Sequence record: PP496443.1
Length of the DNA: 64,000 nucleotides
Direction: 5' to 3' (one strand)
Under the pieces are notes generated by a model. That model had not been told where the DNA came from. It saw only the letters and a program-made list of their open reading frames with translations, and did no database searches. Below are positions 62,857 to 64,000 of this stretch, one piece after another. Position 1 is the first letter of the stretch. Each line of letters opens with the position of its first letter. The translations under genes and the position numbers were made by a program.

Positions 62857-63348
62857 ATGAAATTTCCCACGACTAACGATGTAGTAGATATGCTGACCAA
62901 CTCTGAATGGTATGTGATGACCATTGGCTGGGTACTCGTATTTTGGCTGTGTTGGACGGTCTCGTGGATCCTCTGGAATGTGGCGCTCCGCTTCCTCAAG
63001 TGTTATGCCAGAGGGTTTAGCTTTGGACTACTGAAGGCTTACGTGGCCGTACTCTCTGGTGCGCCAATCCAGTACGTCCTGTTCTATCTCTTCGTTCAAG
63101 CTCTCTTAACTGACCCTTTCCATTTTATCCGAGAGGAAATGTTCGCCAGCACCCATTACTCCAGTATGACTCTGGCCAACGGCGGCACATGGTCCGGTAC
63201 CTTCCAGTGGTACATCCGTAAGGGGATCACCCGCAACAGCTGGAATGAGTGGGAAGCAGAGCGGCTGGTTAAGAAAGCCAAGCAAGCAGAAATAGATCGC
63301 CGCAACCGCGAAGACTATCTGCGTGATCCTGACAACTTCGACGTGTGA
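62857..63348 (+). CDS. Membrane protein
   Basis: Two hydrophobic segments in the N-terminal half. Confidence 0.65.
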   Translation: MKFPTTNDVVDMLTNSEWYVMTIGWVLVFWLCWTVSWILWNVALRFLKCYARGFSFGLLKAYVAVLSGAPIQYVLFYLFVQALLTDPFHFIREEMFASTHYSSMTLANGGTWSGTFQWYIRKGITRNSWNEWEAERLVKKAKQAEIDRRNREDYLRDPDNFDV

Positions 63349-63357
63349 GACTGATCC

Positions 63358-63708
63358 ATGGATATCTCTTACCGCACTATCAGCTTCTCCACCCGCTTCC
63401 CCGACAGCGGCGGACCGATCAAGTTCTACTTCCTTGTGGTCGGCAAGGTGACCCGTGCCGACTTCACCGTGAGGTTCACGTACGAGTGCAAGCGTAATCG
63501 TGTGCGCCCAACTCTGAAGTTCCATGACAGCGTGTTCCTCGACATTCAAGGGCAAGGATTCCCTACGGGAGTCGGACTAGACGATACTGAGGAACGGCGA
63601 CTCCAGAACATGTTCACGGAGCTGGCGCGTGAGATAAAGCTGCAAGTCACCCAGCGACTCAAGCAAGAGCTGCTGGAACACGTCAACGCTATCGAGATGC
63701 CTGTGTGA
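63358..63708 (+). CDS. Hypothetical protein
   Basis: 116 aa in the operon. Confidence 0.6.
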   Translation: MDISYRTISFSTRFPDSGGPIKFYFLVVGKVTRADFTVRFTYECKRNRVRPTLKFHDSVFLDIQGQGFPTGVGLDDTEERRLQNMFTELAREIKLQVTQRLKQELLEHVNAIEMPV

Positions 63709-64000
63709 ATATATTCTTCGTCCACGCTGATCCTGTTATTGCCGCAAGCATGCTCTGCGACCAGCATGTGACCAAGATGATCACCGAGTCAATCCAGATG
63801 CTGTGTACGGCACATCGGTTCTTCGGTAACGACAATATGCCTTACGAGTCGATGAACCCGAACCATCGGTGCAACATCTGGGTCCGGGAGTCCACTGAGA
63901 ACTATCGGTGGTTGTGGCGCCACGCCCACGCGCTGGCGCTGGTGGCAGCGTCCCGATACGGGGCTGTACGCTCGCAGGCGGTGACTTTGTTGTCCCGACT
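63705..64000 (+). CDS. Pyrimidine-dimer DNA glycosylase (T4 DenV superfamily)-like protein, partial
   Basis: Manual translation from GTG 63705 gives MNIFFVHADPVIAASMLCDQHVTKMITESIQMLCTAH...NHRCNIWVRESTENYRWL, the family signature. Not in the ORF track. Confidence 0.8.
   Translation, partial: MNIFFVHADPVIAASMLCDQHVTKMITESIQMLCTAHRFFGNDNMPYESMNPNHRCNIWVRESTENYRWLWRHAHALALVAASRYGAVRSQAVTLLSR

Noticed and set aside
1-64000. tRNA, rRNA, introns/inteins, integrase or transposase
   Set aside because: None recognised by eye. Topoisomerase, helicase and KamA are uninterrupted. tRNAscan-SE/Infernal were not run, so small RNAs could be missed.

Overview
This window is almost entirely phage DNA, a segment of a large (probably jumbo) contractile-tailed dsDNA phage. 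It is GC-rich and densely coding, and I saw no rRNA, tRNA, CRISPR array, integrase or transposase. Gene content recalls PaBG/Lu11/RSL1/Erwinia Y3-type jumbo myoviruses, but that is from memory and unverified. Layout: (1) 1-17.8 kb, mostly minus-strand virion module (Acb1-like 2H phosphoesterase, neck-like proteins, tail tube, tail sheath with four inserted repeats, major capsid, decoration and scaffold-like proteins), interrupted by a plus-strand RuvC-like cassette. (2) 18.8-32.7 kb, minus strand: a very divergent family-A (PolA/T7-like) polymerase-fold protein, an ~830-bp non-coding C-rich/G-rich island with G-quadruplex motifs, small accessory genes, a GNAT, RNase HI and a UvrD-like helicase. 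(3) 32.8-46.1 kb, plus strand: an apparently catalytically dead LigA homologue heading a 12-gene enzyme cluster (2 QueC-like PP-loop ATPases, 4 Fem/GNAT-like transferases, a PurD-like ATP-grasp ligase, 2 SAM methyltransferases, a KamA lysine 2,3-aminomutase and a Gly/Pro-rich protein). This cluster is the best candidate for an undescribed system, probably a hypermodification pathway. (4) 46-64 kb, plus strand: two-subunit type II topoisomerase, DnaJ-related modules, HAD phosphatase, HNH protein, sigma-like protein, P-loop kinase and a DenV-like glycosylase. A recurrent intergenic (G/T)GTAAAT(G/A) box looks like a phage-specific single-element promoter. All functional calls come from motifs read by eye; no database searches were run.
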